A stretch of 64,000 bases of DNA from Lama glama (lineage: Eukaryota). Positions 37,417 to 51,179 of the stretch are shown here, piece after piece (position 1 is the stretch's first letter; every line of letters begins with the position of its first letter). The translations under genes and the position numbers were made by a program. The notes beneath the pieces were generated by a model. That model had not been told where the DNA came from. It made no database searches and was given only the letters and a program-made list of their open reading frames with translations. The DNA lies in NCBI GenBank assembly GCA_028534125.1, contig CM052817.1:66342001-66406000 (forward strand), in the 5' to 3' direction.

Positions 37417-37731
37417 TTATAATTCTTTTTTTAGAATTTCCATATCTCTGATTACATTTCTTATCTCTTCTTGCATATTGCCTACTTTATCTATTAGTCC
37501 CCTTAGCATATTAATCATAGCTTTAAAAAAATTCTTATCTGATAATTTCAACATCCCTACCATATCTGAGTCTGATTCTGACACATGTTCTGTCTCTTCA
37601 AACTTTTTCTTGCCTTTTAATGTGCCTGGTGGTTTTCTGGTTTTGTTTTTGTTTTTTCTGATCACTCCACAGGATGTTCTGGGTAAAAGGAACTTTGATA
37701 ATAGGCCTCTAACAATGTGGTGGTAAGGCAT
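37417..37731 (-). pseudogene. LINE-1 ORF1p N-terminal coiled-coil remnant
   Basis: MLKLSDKNFFKAMINMLRGL..NMQEEIRNVIRDMEILKK resembles old L1 ORF1p; correct position upstream of ORF2 in the element. Confidence 0.75.
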
Positions 37732-38449
37732 GGGAGAGAGAGAGACATTCCATAGTTCTACGATTAGGTGTCAATCTTTCAGTGCGTATGTGCCTCTGAA
37801 CTATGAACTGCACAGGTGTGTTTCAGTTCTCAGCCTTAGATCGGGCAAGGTGACTAGAGTGGGCTGGAATTTGGTGTTTTCCTTCCCTGTATCAGTTAGG
37901 TCTTCATAAAATTCCAATACTACAGGCTCTGATAAAAATTAATTCTCTTGAGGGCAGTCCTTTTTTAGAAAAGCAGAATTCTCTTCCTGTATTTCAAAAT
38001 AGTTCTTTTTCCCCTCCTTCTGCCAGAATCAGAAAGGGATTTTTCTCTGATATTCACTAGGAGAATCTGGTGGAGCACCTAGAGGTAAAACTCACAAAGC
38101 ATGGGGGCCCCCCTATGTCTGGGTCCCCCTGGAGTTTTTGTCTCTCAGACTTCCTACGCTGAGCCTCTGTCAGTTCACCGACTGTAATTTGGATTTCCCC
38201 AGCTGGTTTGTAAGAGTTTCTCCTTGGGGTTCTATGCTCGGGTAAGTTATGGTTCTTTGTATTTGCTTGTCAGTTTCTCTAATTTTAGATGCAGTGGTTT
38301 GCTGACCTCACTTCTATGACAGGTCTGAGAAAAATTACTGATTTTTCAATTTGTTTAGCTTTCTATGTGTTGCTAGGATGGAGTGATCACTTCCAGGCTT
38401 CTTCCATGTTGGTCCAGAAACCAGAAGCCTGCAGCTTTCTCCATCCAGT

Positions 38450-39400
38450 AAATATTACATTTCGTGTTTTTTTTTATTATGGAATTTCTATTTCGTCCTA
38501 TTCCAAATTTTCCTGCCCAATACCTATTATATTTTTTTTGTCTCTATTACTTTGTTAGACATTATAAGTATACTTATGTTGTTTTCTACATTTAATAATT
38601 CTGAAAATCTGAAATATTTATGGGTCTAATTCAATTTATCTATTCTACTTATCCTGGCTTGTGTATTCTTGACATCTTGTGACTTTAAAAAATCTCACTG
38701 TGAGCCTATGTTTGTTGAAACTTTATTTGTGAGGTGTTGTGAGGCTTAGGTAGAAGGTATATATTCCTGCAGAGATGATTTGCTTTAATTCTGCCAGCCA
38801 TACAGAATCCCTTCTATAATTGGGTCACCTTAATTTCCTTTCTTGGTGTTTTTTTTTTCATTATACAAGTACTGTAATTTCAGACCTGCAATTACTGCAT
38901 AATGACTGACTTCTACTTAAAATTTTCTGGAAATATTTCAGCCATTCCAACCCTCACCCTCTCCTCACACACTGAGAGGCAAGATTACACTAGGCAAGTT
39001 TCCTTGCTGAATTCTCTTGCGAGGCAATTTTCTTCTAGTTCATCCTTTCCCAGATTTAGTTCCCATTTCCTAGATTTATGGGTGGGTCTCCAAAACAACT
39101 GTCCAGATGCCCGGTCTTTTATCTCCAGTGTGGTTTTTGAAGTTATAACTCCATGTTGCAAGAGGTTGGTTGATACTAACTGGAAGTTGCTGGCTGGAGC
39201 ACCTTCCTCCCTCTCTAGAGTCATAGGGCTGCCTCATTTTTAGTCTTTGAGAAGGAATTTCCTCATTTTTTTTCACATATGTACTTCAGGTTTGTATTAA
39301 AATAGTTTTAACAATATTTTGTACACCAGTTTTAGATATTTTGTAGAAAACTTTTTTTAGGTGTATAGTTACATATTTAACTGGAAAGGAAAACTCCTTG
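38450..39400 (-). mobile_element. Continuation (5' part) of the old L1ME-like element
   Basis: Resumes L1 5'/ORF1-like T-rich sequence after the L1MC insertion (ctgcagagatgatttgctttaattctgccag). Confidence 0.45.
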
Positions 39401-39690
39401 ACAATTTAATTTTGATTATTAAAGAGGGAAAGGAGTGGGTTAACCCTGATTAATTCAGAAACAACCAGTACAGTTTTTGTGAAAATATATTTGTGGAAGA
39501 GCAGAAACATTCCCTTCCTTAAAATTCATTGAAAGTTCTGTGATATATATGATCAAGGACTTTCAAGAAATTTTTTAAAAGAAACTAAATTATTTTTAAT
39601 GCAGGCAAGTTTCATGATATCCTGTTTTAAAAATCTGCATTTTGCACATTTTAAAGAAATCCATTGCTTTGGCTACTCAGTATTTGATGG

Positions 39691-40094
39691 TGTGGTAGAC
39701 ATCACCAATGTCAGTTTCTCTTCTGTTACCTTCCCATGGGAGATTTCACTTCCTCACCCTCTTAAATTTATGCCAGGCAGGGTTACTTGCTTTGCTCAGT
39801 GAAATATGAACAGAAGTGGTTATGTGTCACTTCCAGGCAGAAGCATTTCATGGCGAGTGTTCTGGTCTTCAAGCCTCTCCCCTTTCTTGGTGCTCGTAGA
39901 AGCATGAGATGATTTACAGCTATCTTGAGTCTGATGCAGCCCAGAAATCTGAACCAACACAGCACAGCTGCCTTAAGAGTTGCCCAGATCTGCAGATTTG
40001 CATGTGAAAAAAATTAAATTTTTGTTGTGTAGCAACACTAAGATTTGGAGTTATTTTTAATTGCCCCATAACCTAACCTACTCTGGCCAATACA
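39691..40094 (+). mobile_element. MaLR solo LTR (MLT1J-like)
   Basis: TGtggtagac...gcagaagcattt...aataCA; 5-bp TSD gatgg/ggtgg (4/5 match). Confidence 0.8.
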
Positions 40095-40599
40095 GGTGGT
40101 AACATATGAAATACTTTAAACAAATACGAAGAGAACACTTAACAAATGCAGGCCAAAAGAGGACAATTGACATATGTATTTTATATTAAGAAGTACTATC
40201 ATGTTTTAAAATACACCAAGATCTCAGATAACATTAACTTTTTTAGAGTGCTTATGAAAGCAAGCTGAAATCTAGTTCACACCATTTTCTCTAAGGATTT
40301 AGTTTAAATTTACTTTTTGTGTATTGTAATATTTTATCCTGAAGTGACATCTTTTAGTGTGTGTTAAATATTTTTGTATGCTAGTATTCTTTGCTAAGCA
40401 CAACCATTACTTATCGAATTTTATTATTCTGGTCTGTTACTCTGTATCTTAGTCTTCCCAGCCCAGGGTTAGCATTGGAATAAACTTCAGCTGAAATTTT
40501 GGAGGAAGTAATTATAAGGAACAATATGGTTTCACAATAGTTGGTGGAGTGGACCTTAATTTTTGTTCTGTTTTGTTTTCTTTGTATTTGCTTGTTTGG

Positions 40600-40922
40600 C
40601 TGCTTGGCATTTGAACTCCCTGTCCATCTTCAGAACTTCTGTCCTGTTTATGTCTTGCTGAGGGGGATTTATTTGCAGATGTAGCACAGTGCTGGCCGTG
40701 GATAGAAGTGACCAGCAGTGGGGCAACAGAGTTCCCACCAGACCGTTTCCATGATAGGAAGTTGGCTACTGTTCCCCAGTCTTACTCCTTAGACTTCATT
40801 CCCCATGTATTTTTCAAGGCTGATTCTCCAGCCATGCAAATGGTTTTGGAAGGCTGTCTTGTCAGTAAATTCCTCTTCTTAAATTAGTCAGTGTCTGTCT
40901 CTTTTAACTAAGAACACTGGTA
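40600..40922 (+). mobile_element. ERVL-type LTR fragment (LTR33/79-like)
   Basis: 3' end agtaaattcctcttcttaaattagtcagtg...aactaagaacactg resembles ERVL LTR termini. Confidence 0.4.
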
Positions 40923-41629
40923 AAAAATAGCACTCAAAATTTCTTTCAGTTTTTATGTTGACCGAATATTGAAATTTTTTAACCTTGATGCATAGCAAAT
41001 AAAGCTTCAGCTTTTATATTATGAATCTCATTTCACATATGTTATTTCATTTCCAGATTTAACTATTTATTTTGTTATATATTATTATGCTCTGTTGAGG
41101 CACAGGAATGGCATATTATAATGGAATATTATATATGATATGTGATGTATAATATAATAGTATGTGATGTATAATTATAATAATATATTACATATGATAA
41201 TATAATGCGGATGAAGGAGGCACATGTGGTGACTTGGAGAAAAATACTGTGTGTATGTGTTTGTGTTGGTGGGGACACATTACATGTAATCCCTTCAATG
41301 TTAACATGATACTGTGAGTTTTCTCTTAAATGGATCGTGTTTATAGTGAGGAAATGATTTTGGGCATCATATAATCTCTAAGAACACAGCTACCATTAGG
41401 AAAGGCCTTAAGACCTCCTTGGGAGCAGAAGCTTTGAATCAGTTTTCATTCTGTTTTTATAGAAAAGCTAATAGTAAAAATCAGTGGAGAAAATTACCCT
41501 AGAGGGGTAGTGTTGAAACGGTAGAACTATTGCTGCTTCATATTTATCTGAGTTTTGGTTCCATGCCGTGAAGAGAAGAAAAGAGAGGAGAAATAGGAAA
41601 TTTGTAAGACATAGTAAAACCTCATGCTT

Positions 41630-42730
41630 CAATTTAATTCATCAAATATTTATTGTCTATCAAGTATTAAGTACTTTTCTAAGTGCTATAGGTTATCAAA
41701 AAAGGAGTGATCCCTGCCCTTAAGCAGGATATTATTCAATTTAATACATGCTTAAGCTTGTGTATTTTAGGTACTAGGTAGTAGAAATACAAAAATGAAA
41801 AATAAGAAGTGTCATGTCTCAAGGTGCAGACTACATGAAACATATGCATGAGAAAAGATCTACAATATAAAGTGATCATATTATGATAGACATGTCACAA
41901 CTAGGGGGACATTTAGTGGCGGGATACCATTACTATGCAAGGACAATAGGGCCAGTGATAAAAAAATAATAATCCGAGTAAACTTTGGCTATAGATACTG
42001 CTTCTTTTCCTCAGGCATACACTTCCTAGCTCATTCATTCAGTCATTCACGTATTCATTAAAGAACTATGCATCAAATATCTGCTAAATATGTTTTTAAT
42101 GAGACTAAAATGGTGAACAGGATGGATAGGCAGGAACATATGGGTTCTTTCAGGTTCTTCAGTGTGCTTGCATCCTGTCCTATCTCAGAGGCTGCTCCTT
42201 CTGTATATACTGTCACTGCACATCACTCTGTTCTTTCCTCCAGGCCTGTAACGTTTTCTGTATACTGCTTCTGTTCTTGTGCCTAGTAAACTCCTTTTCA
42301 TCCATCATATCTTAGCGCTAAGGGAAGCCAGCACTAATGATTCCTTATGCACTGTAAATTTCATTCAAGCATTTTATACATTCTTCGGTTGTATACAGGT
42401 GGACTATTTTATGTTCCTCTCCATGTTTCCTTTTGCTCATCATGATATCCTTCCTACCTAGTAAAACAGTCCCCTTCATGTCATAGATGTATCAATCATA
42501 TTTGCTCAGAGAATGAAAGCAATAGACAATCAAAATACAGTGTGATGCATGGTACGACTGGATGAACTGCAGAGTGCTGTGGGCTGACGAGGTGGGTGAT
42601 CTAACCCAGCCTTGGGGGATCAGTGATGTGTAAACAGATCTAAGTGGTACATCAGCTAGGTGAAGCCGCTGGATTGAGGAGAGGGGAAGAAGGGGAGATG
42701 AAAGTGTGTTCTAGGTAAAGGAAACAACAC
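41630..42730. mobile_element. Cluster of L2 fragments in both orientations
   Basis: Several antisense L2 3' ends (ttcatcaaatatttattg; tcattcattca) and L2 body segments. Confidence 0.45.
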
Positions 42731-45700
42731 ATAGAATGGCCAGGAAGCAAGGTACCTGGGATTTCCATCAAACCCCGCAGAACATGCCACATTTGGTCAC
42801 CTGGGAGATACCCAGCGCACCTGCTCATTGGGAGGGCGTACGCTCATGGGCCTGGCATAGAGCTCACATTCAGCTTCAGTGCAGGGTGAAAACAAGTGTC
42901 CTAGGTCAATCCCAGCAAAGTTGCTGTCGCTTCTTCTTGCAATGGTTGGTTTTCCTTTTCTCTGACCTTTCCAACCTACCGAGAAGAGAAGCAGCAGCTA
43001 TGAAATTGCCAGCACAGGTGCACACTTGGCTAGTCCTCTCCTTAGTAAGAGAGCCAGGGAGCCTGCTGTTATGTCTCTAGGGTTGCATGATGATTAAGCG
43101 TATCCTTCAGCTCTTCACCTGCACGGAGGCAGACATAATCGCCCAGGTCTCCATCTCTTCTTTTGGAAATTCTAGCATTTATTTTTCAGTTTAGTTTCTT
43201 CCATGTATCTATATATGTTGCTTCAGTTGTGCATCAGTGCGTGAGGTTCACATATTAATACTGACTTTTCATTTTGGATTTTTTTTCTAAATTGAAGTAT
43301 TACACATATATTGATTGTGTGATTTTTTTCCCTTTCTTTTTTTTTTTCGGTCAGGCATCTTAAATCTTTCCTGTCAACTTATTAACCATAATAAATGTCC
43401 ATGCTACAAATCAGTATCTTGGAATTGACTCAGAGTGTGCAGACAGTGGTTTCCTGTGAAGAGGCAGCTGGGTTTCCAGTGTTGGTAGCCAAATCCTTTG
43501 CTTATTGACATCCTTTACCTGGTGTTCTGAAGTTTATTAGCGTCCTCCAGATGCCTGTTGAATTTTTCATTGCATTTTACATTTTTAGAGGCAATGCAGT
43601 GGCTGGAGGGTATCTATTAAGGGCCTCCGTGGCCGCCTCTACAGAAGGGGACAAACAGTCCTCACCCCAAGAGTGTCATAAGGGTTAAATGAAATACTAA
43701 CTCAAAATAGAGGTTTTAATTCATAGTATGTATGTAACTAACTTGTTGCTTTTTAATCTTAGTTATTAATATCATATTGATTAATTCACATATGTAATTT
43801 ACAGACCTGGACATTCATTTTTATACAAAATTTTGATTAAGTCACCATAAAATAAATTTCCAGACTTTCACACTTTGATTATAAAGTTCCTAAGGCTCAT
43901 AAGTAGGAGGCTCATTGTTTAAAAATAGACTCCCTTGGTCTTAATTTCCCGGGAATAAGATTCTTCTATTTTGGGTATTGTTTTTTTACCCTCCCACTTT
44001 GGTTTTTTTTTTTTTTTTGCAGTGCTTTTTATGATTCATTTTCATTGTTTTAAAGGCCAAATATTCAAAGAAAGAATATATACTTCTTTACCACTTTTAC
44101 CATTATATTACTTTAAACCTGATCCTGGTGGGCAAATACATGTGACAGTGAAAAAGGCACATTCTCCCTGAGAAAGGACACCTCACTTTAATTACTTATT
44201 CTTTTGCAATTGGAAGATAGTTTAGGGGTCAGCATATATTTGTTTTAGCCCTCTCTGAACTTCATTTTCTTTCTTTGTATATTTAGAACTCATGCAATTA
44301 TTTATAAGCAAAATAACATGTTAGAACTTTATAACTTAGAAATTACTACATAAATGTTACTTTTTGTTATAAAAATAAGAATTGGCTTATGTTGCTAGGA
44401 TAAAATGAAAGTAGAAAAATACCCAATTAGTCTTTTCTTTGATTAGGATACTCTTCCAATCAGAATTGAGAAAGCAAGCTCAGTGAGCAGTTTATCACGC
44501 ATTTTGCATTTTCTCTATTTTTTTAATTTAATTTTTATTTAATTTTAACAGAACCTGGATATTGTATTTTGGGGAGGACAAGGTCAACTTCAAGAGCTCT
44601 GTAAGACTGACAAAGTTTATGACCAGTGCCTTCAATCTCTGCCTCTTTTTAGCTTGTCTGCCTTGGAGGACTGTATTTTCAGGTGTACTTAGCACCATCA
44701 GTGTTTTCTGCTCTGGCACTTTAACTGAAAGAACATACTTACTTTACTCCTGAGGCCAATCAAAATTAACCTTTTTACCTGAGAATTGGGAACTGGTCCA
44801 GTACACTTGTCTGTTGAAAGTCAAGGTGTCAAGACATTCTCAGGCTAGGGCTATAGGAGGATCAGCATTGGATACAGAAAGTCAAGTCCCGTAGGAGGGT
44901 ACATGTGGCTGGTATTGGTAAAGATGATTAAGGTTCATAGGGAATGTGCTGGGACCTAGCATTTTTAAAGGCAGAATTATATTTGAAAATAATTTAACAT
45001 TCTTAGTATTAAAAATTAAACTTATTAGTTGTCATGATGTAAAAAAAAAAAGGTATTTTCTCAGTAGAAAGTATGAGGGAGTATTACTGAGACCACTACA
45101 TTGCTGAGAAGATGCTTTGCTAACCCCACCTCAGGGAAGAAGGTAAACCTGCAGGGTTTTAATATGGACTGATCTCTTCTCCTTGGGCCCAGGGTAATGG
45201 TTTACTTGCTTTACTGGAAGAAAGAAGAGAAAAACTGAAAAAAGTGAGAAGGGAGCTAGTGAGATGGTAAAACCCAACCTCTGTCTACATCAAGTTATAT
45301 TAAGTTACTCACTTCACAAAATAATTGAAATAACTTTTTGAGAGTAAGATTAGATGTGGAGCCTGGGCTTCTCACTTAGTGTAACATGGGCTGATCTGAG
45401 GCACCGTGTCCTGAGAAGAAAATTGTTGAGTCAGAGAGGAAGTGGCTGAGAACTCCCGGAAATCAAAGGTCTAGACTCTGCTGTGGAAGGAAGATCAATC
45501 AATAAGAGCCCATGCTAAGTCTGATCAGGCCATAGGGAGCCAGGGGACCCTTAGGTAACATCTGAGCTAAGAGGAGAAGTTATTTTTGCTTATCTCTTTC
45601 TGAGTTCCCTTTCATGGTAAACGAGTGTTCGTATATCCTAAAACTCTCCACTGGATACTCTTTCCACCTCCTGCCTTGACTGGGTACTCCTGTCTTTTCT

Positions 45701-45989
45701 ATGTTTGAATCCACTGCAACTTGGTTTCTACTCCTAATCATTCTACTGGAACCACTCTTACAGGAATGGAAGCATTTGCAATATAAGCTCACAACATTTC
45801 TATGATTTAGGTACCATTATTATTGCCATCTGTGTCGTGGGGATAATTATAGAACTGACTACCTAAGGTTAGTTGAGCTTCAATTATCATGCAGTTAGTT
45901 TTTAACAGGCACTTGTTATTGTTATTATGACGATTATGTTGTTGTTGTTGCTGCCTCTTTCCGGTGGAAATGCTGTTATTCTTGGTTAT

Positions 45990-46960
45990 TAGACAAGCTT
46001 TTTTCTGCATTTTCAGTCTTCTTCCCTGGACACTTTCTATGTCTCCCTTGAATCTGCTCTTTGCCAATCCCTGAAAAACTAGTGTTCTTTGGGGTTCCTC
46101 CTGAGTGATAGGCCGTAAGCAATAGCTTCTTTTCCCACCATTTCAATTATATCTACTTGTTGATTTTTTTTCTCAAATGTTTACCTCCAGGCTCTAACCC
46201 TACCAAGCTCCAGAACTCTGAGTGTAATCACTGCTTTTGTTTTCCCAGCTCAGTGAGTGGCTATGCCTGCCAGTTGCCCAAGCCAAAAGCTGGATGTCAT
46301 CAGTGACTTTCCTCCATATTCAATCCATACTTGGACTGGCCAGTTCTATCCTCTAAATATTTCTGGAATCTGTCTACTTTGCTTCAGCCTCTGTGTCACT
46401 GACATTTCAGGATTGCATGGTCTCCTACTTGGTGTCCCTTTCTTCTAGTAAACAGCCTTTGGATCCTTCTCTGTGTCAACAGTGAGCTTATCACAAACTG
46501 ACCCCAGATTCATCTCCCACCACTTTCTGCTTGAATAGGTCTAGGCCTGTTAAACTATTCTAAGTTCCCTCAAGATGTTACATTCCCAGTTTAGCTTAGG
46601 GCTTTGAACATTCCCTCTGCCTGGAAAGCCACTTCCTTTCCCTGTACCCTTCATTTGGTTGATTCCTTCTCATCCTTCAGATTTTAGCTCAGATATTGTT
46701 TCCTCCTCCAGAAATCCCTTCCTGCTTCACTCAAACTCTGACTGAGGTATTTCTGCTCTATGCATCTAGAGTGCCTCTTGCAGCTCTCCCCACAGTGCCA
46801 TGTCATTGCCCAGATGCTTGTCTGTCTCTTCCACCTGCCTGAAAGCAGCCTTTTGTACAGAGATTGTATTTTGTTTATTACTGTATCTCTAGAAACCAGC
46901 ACAGCATCCAGCATACAGTAAGTATTTATGGAATTTTTGTCAAAAGAATAAGAGTGGGCA
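45990..46960 (+). mobile_element. L2 LINE, 3' ~1 kb
   Basis: ccagttgcccaagccaaaa...tctagaaaccagcacagcatccagcatacagtaagtattt 3' end. Confidence 0.7.
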
Positions 46961-47097
46961 ATAAAAACTCATTTAACATTTAAATGTTTTTTTAAACAAT
47001 GTACCCCCATAAAGGAAGCACATCCTAATTAAAGTATATATTGTAACAAATTGCTGTGTTTCTCAGTTGCCCAATCTGTAAAATAAAGAGGACGGAG

Positions 47098-47099
<2 letters not shown>

Positions 47100-47137
<38 letters not shown>
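47100..47137. repeat. (CA)n microsatellite, ~18 units
   Basis: Directly visible. Confidence 0.95.
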
Positions 47138-47141
<4 letters not shown>

Positions 47142-47499
47142 ACACCCTTATCAGCTCTAACATTGTATTATTTTCTGAAGAATCCTCAATGAGAAACTAC
47201 AAATGATGCCATCAAAGAGACCCATTAAACAGCAGTCCAGAAAGATGATTCCCCCTTGGCTAAGTCAACAAATGCTATCTTTCTAGATACTGGATGTAGG
47301 GCCACTGTTTAATTCCAGATATTCTAGGATACTTTCAAGTCTAAGCTCAATAAAGAACATTCTAGACTGAAGTCTAGACCATTCTAAAATAACTGGGACA
47401 ATGTGTGTTTTTGAATCCTGGTGTTATATTATTAGTGGTTTAATGCTGAGCCAATATTACAATTTTGTGTCTACCTGGAAGTTACAGCAAATGTAGAGT

Positions 47500-47705
47500 A
47501 GAGCAGTGACTCGGTAGTCAGACTGCCTGGACACAAATTAGGCAGTTACTCACCATGGCTTTGGGCAGATCTCAGTTTTCTCTTCAAATTGGGCTAACAG
47601 TGGTAACTAACTTATGGCATTTTGTGAAGATTAATGCATTAAGACATGCAAAATTATTAAAACAGTGTCTGGTATAGAGTGTAAAGTCAAATATTATCTA
47701 TTATT
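47500..47705 (+). mobile_element. MIR SINE
   Basis: gtcagactgcctgg...ttgggcag...ttgtgaagattaa...aacagtgtctggtatagagt. Confidence 0.7.
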
Positions 47706-48049
47706 TTATTATTAACTTACCACTATTTAAATTACTTTCTTATTTACTTAACTTTTAATTAAGGAGATTTTCAAGATGAGAGGGTCTTCTGCCATCTGTG
47801 ATCTCTTCCATCTGCCTTTGCAGAAAAACCCCTTCACTGGACCACCAGATGTCACTGTTTCTGACAGTTTCCACCTTCTTGACCATCTTAAGATATTATG
47901 CCATTTCAAAGGGAAGACGTGTGAAATTCCCTAAAACCATATGTAAATTATGAAAGTACAATTTTCATATATTACTCAAGGAGTTCATATTACACTTGCC
48001 ACCTCTGCAATGATGCTGATGATGAGGACCTGACAATGACTTCTAAATG

Positions 48050-48560
48050 GATCATTTTGAGTTTATTCATTACTTAAGCATTTTCATCAGTGGCTATATT
48101 TAAGATACTTGGTAGAAAACTAAATTAAATTGGACATGGATGCCACCACTAGAGAGAGGCTAATAACAGAGACAGGAGACTTACAAATAGCTTAAACCAG
48201 GTTGAGAGCGATAAGTGCTATATAAACAAGGAGAAATATTATGCTATGAAAGGACAGAAAAGGAAAAGATGTTTCTTGATAGGGGATTAAGGACAATAAT
48301 ATGGAGAAGGATTTGAGTGAGATCTTAAAGAACAATTGGGATCTGACATAGGTAAGTGTGTCGGGTATGATTTTTATGTGCAAAGATTGAATATAGGACA
48401 GGACAGAAATATCCATTGAACGGTAAGAGGTTTACTTAATCGCACATGTAGGACATGTCATAGAGAGTGATTTAAAAAAAAAGGTAACAATATATATTGG
48501 GATCAGATTGTGAAAGCCTTTGAATACCAGGGAATAAGCTTTAGAAGTGTAGCAAAATAG
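48050..48560 (-). mobile_element. L2 LINE fragment
   Basis: gggatcagattgtgaaagcctttgaataccag and antisense 3' end near 48060. Confidence 0.55.
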
Positions 48561-51179
48561 AGCATTGAAAATATGCATAGGTGAGTTTGAGTCCTGGTTT
48601 AGGCTCTTAACTGTTTAAGCTTAGATCAAACAACCTCCCACCCCCAGCACTGAAAGAGAGAGAGAGATTGGGAGAGAGAGAAAGAGGGGAGAAACTTTCC
48701 TGAACTGCAGTCAGTTTCCTGACTGGTAAAGCTGGGCAAATAGCACTGTTGGGAGATTGGGAAGATTGACAATAATGCACTGTAGGCAGTCGGAACACGT
48801 AAGCTATTGCTGTAATTCAATCTGTCGGTGATACAGTTCCTTTAATATCAGAAATTATATTTCTATGTTTAGCGGAAAGTGAGAGACAACTGAAGTCAAA
48901 GTGCCTAAGAACAGATTTTCCCCTCTTCCCTGAGAGCACAGGGAGACCTGCCTTGGGATCCTGTGTGTCTCTGGTTGAACCAGGCATTCGTATAAATGGA
49001 ACAAGTGGTCGTGTGACTCTTGGTATATCCTCAGAGGTGCTTACGGATTTGTTGAAGTTCTTAACTGCAAGGGTCAGTCTTAAACCCCAGGTGCCCCCAC
49101 CATGTTTCCAAAGAGGGTGCTAGAACCCTGTTAGGCTCCACCGAAGAACACTCCTGTTGCAGTACTTAGGCTCTTTACCCCTTCCTCAAGCTCAGAAAAT
49201 GTGCCCTGTTTGGAGAATTTTCAGAAACCTGCTTGTTTTGTTTTTAAGAATGAAAACCAGCTCATTAATATTTGCTTTCTCTTTAGAGAGATCCTATGGA
49301 TTGGGTTACAGTTACATGTTTTGTATTTTCAATTTAAAAAAATAATCATTCCAGATCAGGTGAACCAAAGAGTCATAACAGTTAGAACCTCGAAGAGAAA
49401 ATCTTCACCCTCCTTTCAGAAGAGTATGGCTGCTCTAATATTGCCTTTAATGTTTTGCAGTGATTCACTTTTCCATTGTCCAGAAGGATGGAGTTTTGCC
49501 TAACTTCTTTTCAGAAACTATTCTGGAATATTATGGAACTACTAACTCATTTTTTTCTCTCTCTGGGATATTTCTCCTGACAGACTCAATTTTCTTTTCT
49601 GAATTTCATATCTACCTCTTTTCCCTTGAACCAAGCTAAATAATTCATTTCTTCCCTGTTTCAGCTTTTTATAACCCATAACCTGTTATTCTACTCCCAG
49701 TTTGCTCTGCTTTAACCAAACCGTCCACCTTTAGGGGCCTGGACCTTCCCCCATCTCCCCCATCATTTTACTATTAATTTAGTTATTTGTGCCACTGGAA
49801 TATTTACAGTAAAAAAGGCACAAAGAGTTTTCCAAGTTTGAAAATTACTTTTGTAGCTATTGTTACCAAGGAAACCACTTCCGCTGTATCTCAGTTTTAT
49901 TTAGCATATAGAGTCCATTATGGGCTAGATTTTGAAGAATCACTGCTAGATGTCTTTGTCTCCCTATCTTTTTCTGTTAGAAAGCTAGGCATCAGTTTCA
50001 AGAAGAAGTTGAGGAAAACAGTAACTGCCCTGAGCATCAGCTTTATATAGAAATCTAAGAAGATACAGATTTGAAAGAATAGATATTTGTTGATTACACT
50101 GTCTTATGAGACAAATCACTACTTTCAACCTTTCGCTGCCCAGATTTTTAGTATATCTGCTTCACATAGCCAGAGGCAGACAAGATGAAAAACAAATGAA
50201 AAAAGCCTTTGCCAGTTACCACTGAGCATGAGTAGGTGTTCTCCATGGGCAGGTGGCTACTTGCAGGGCGGGAGCTCCTTCTGGCATCCTCATCACACGT
50301 CCCACCTGCTATTATTCCTATTCATAGTCTTGCATGCTCAGCACGCGCGGGGCTGGGAGGTGGTATTTCTTCTCATAGCATCTATTTGTTTTGCACAGAT
50401 AAATATTGAGATAAACTGGCACACCCTTGTTAAAACTACAAAGAAATTGATGTTGGTCCATTGTAATCTGCTTCAGTTCATCTGCAGCACACGTAGCCAC
50501 CCTCTTTAGACCACCTGCTGCCAACCTCTTCCCTCTCCTAAAACAGGGACCTTCACACTTTTCTTGTGATACATTCACACCATCCAATACAATTACACTA
50601 GCGTCTTTGCCTGAACTTAAACTTTTACTTTTCAATTCCAGAAAAATTTCATTTCACTTGCTGCTTTGAACTTGATTCTGTAACTAGAGTCTTTCATATC
50701 CCTCAGCCTATCAGTAGACTGAAAAAAATGGTTTACCTTCACTTAAAAACATACCACTTTTCTGAAATCTTTTTCAGAGGCTAGCATATGTATGCACCCA
50801 CATAAACAGTTTTTTCCTTTTCTCCCCACTCCCCTCTCTGAAATTTGAGAATTTAAATGTTAGGGGTATATTGTGGGAAAAGACAGTTTCTAATTACTTT
50901 TACTTTAGCTTTCTTTGAAGCTGCTCAGGAGTGAGTAATGTTCTCTGAGCCCCTCCCCACTTCCAGTCACCAAGCCATTCCCAGGAAATGATCAACCCCA
51001 GATGTGGTTGTGTATGGCTCATTTCCCAGAACTGATGGATATGTAGGAATACGTGTCAGCATCTAGTCTTTAAGTGTTTTAACTGGCCTTGCCCTTCTGT
51101 TATCTCTTCAACTCCTTATTCCCTAATAGACACTGGCTCCCTTCTTTCCATCCTCTGTGCAGACTTAACGCCAGTCTTA

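Larger units (their letters stand above)
32227..38440 (-). mobile_element. Near full-length L1MC1-like LINE-1 (inactive, internally deleted)
   Basis: L1MC-type 3' end (cagttttaggttcacagcaaaatt), ORF2 and ORF1 remnants, and an L1MC-type 5' terminus (ttccaggcttcttccatgttggtccagaaaccagaag) at ~38390-38428. Confidence 0.85.

Noticed and set aside
42736..43080. 114-aa ATG ORF in a GC-richer patch
   Set aside because: No recognisable homology, promoter or CpG island; length expected by chance in 64 kb.
47280..47390. Clustered TCTAGA-like words, SMAD palindrome GTCTAGAC and HSE-like AGAACATTCT
   Set aside because: No regular period; GTCTAGAC also occurs at 45469 and inside an L1 near 62928, consistent with chance.
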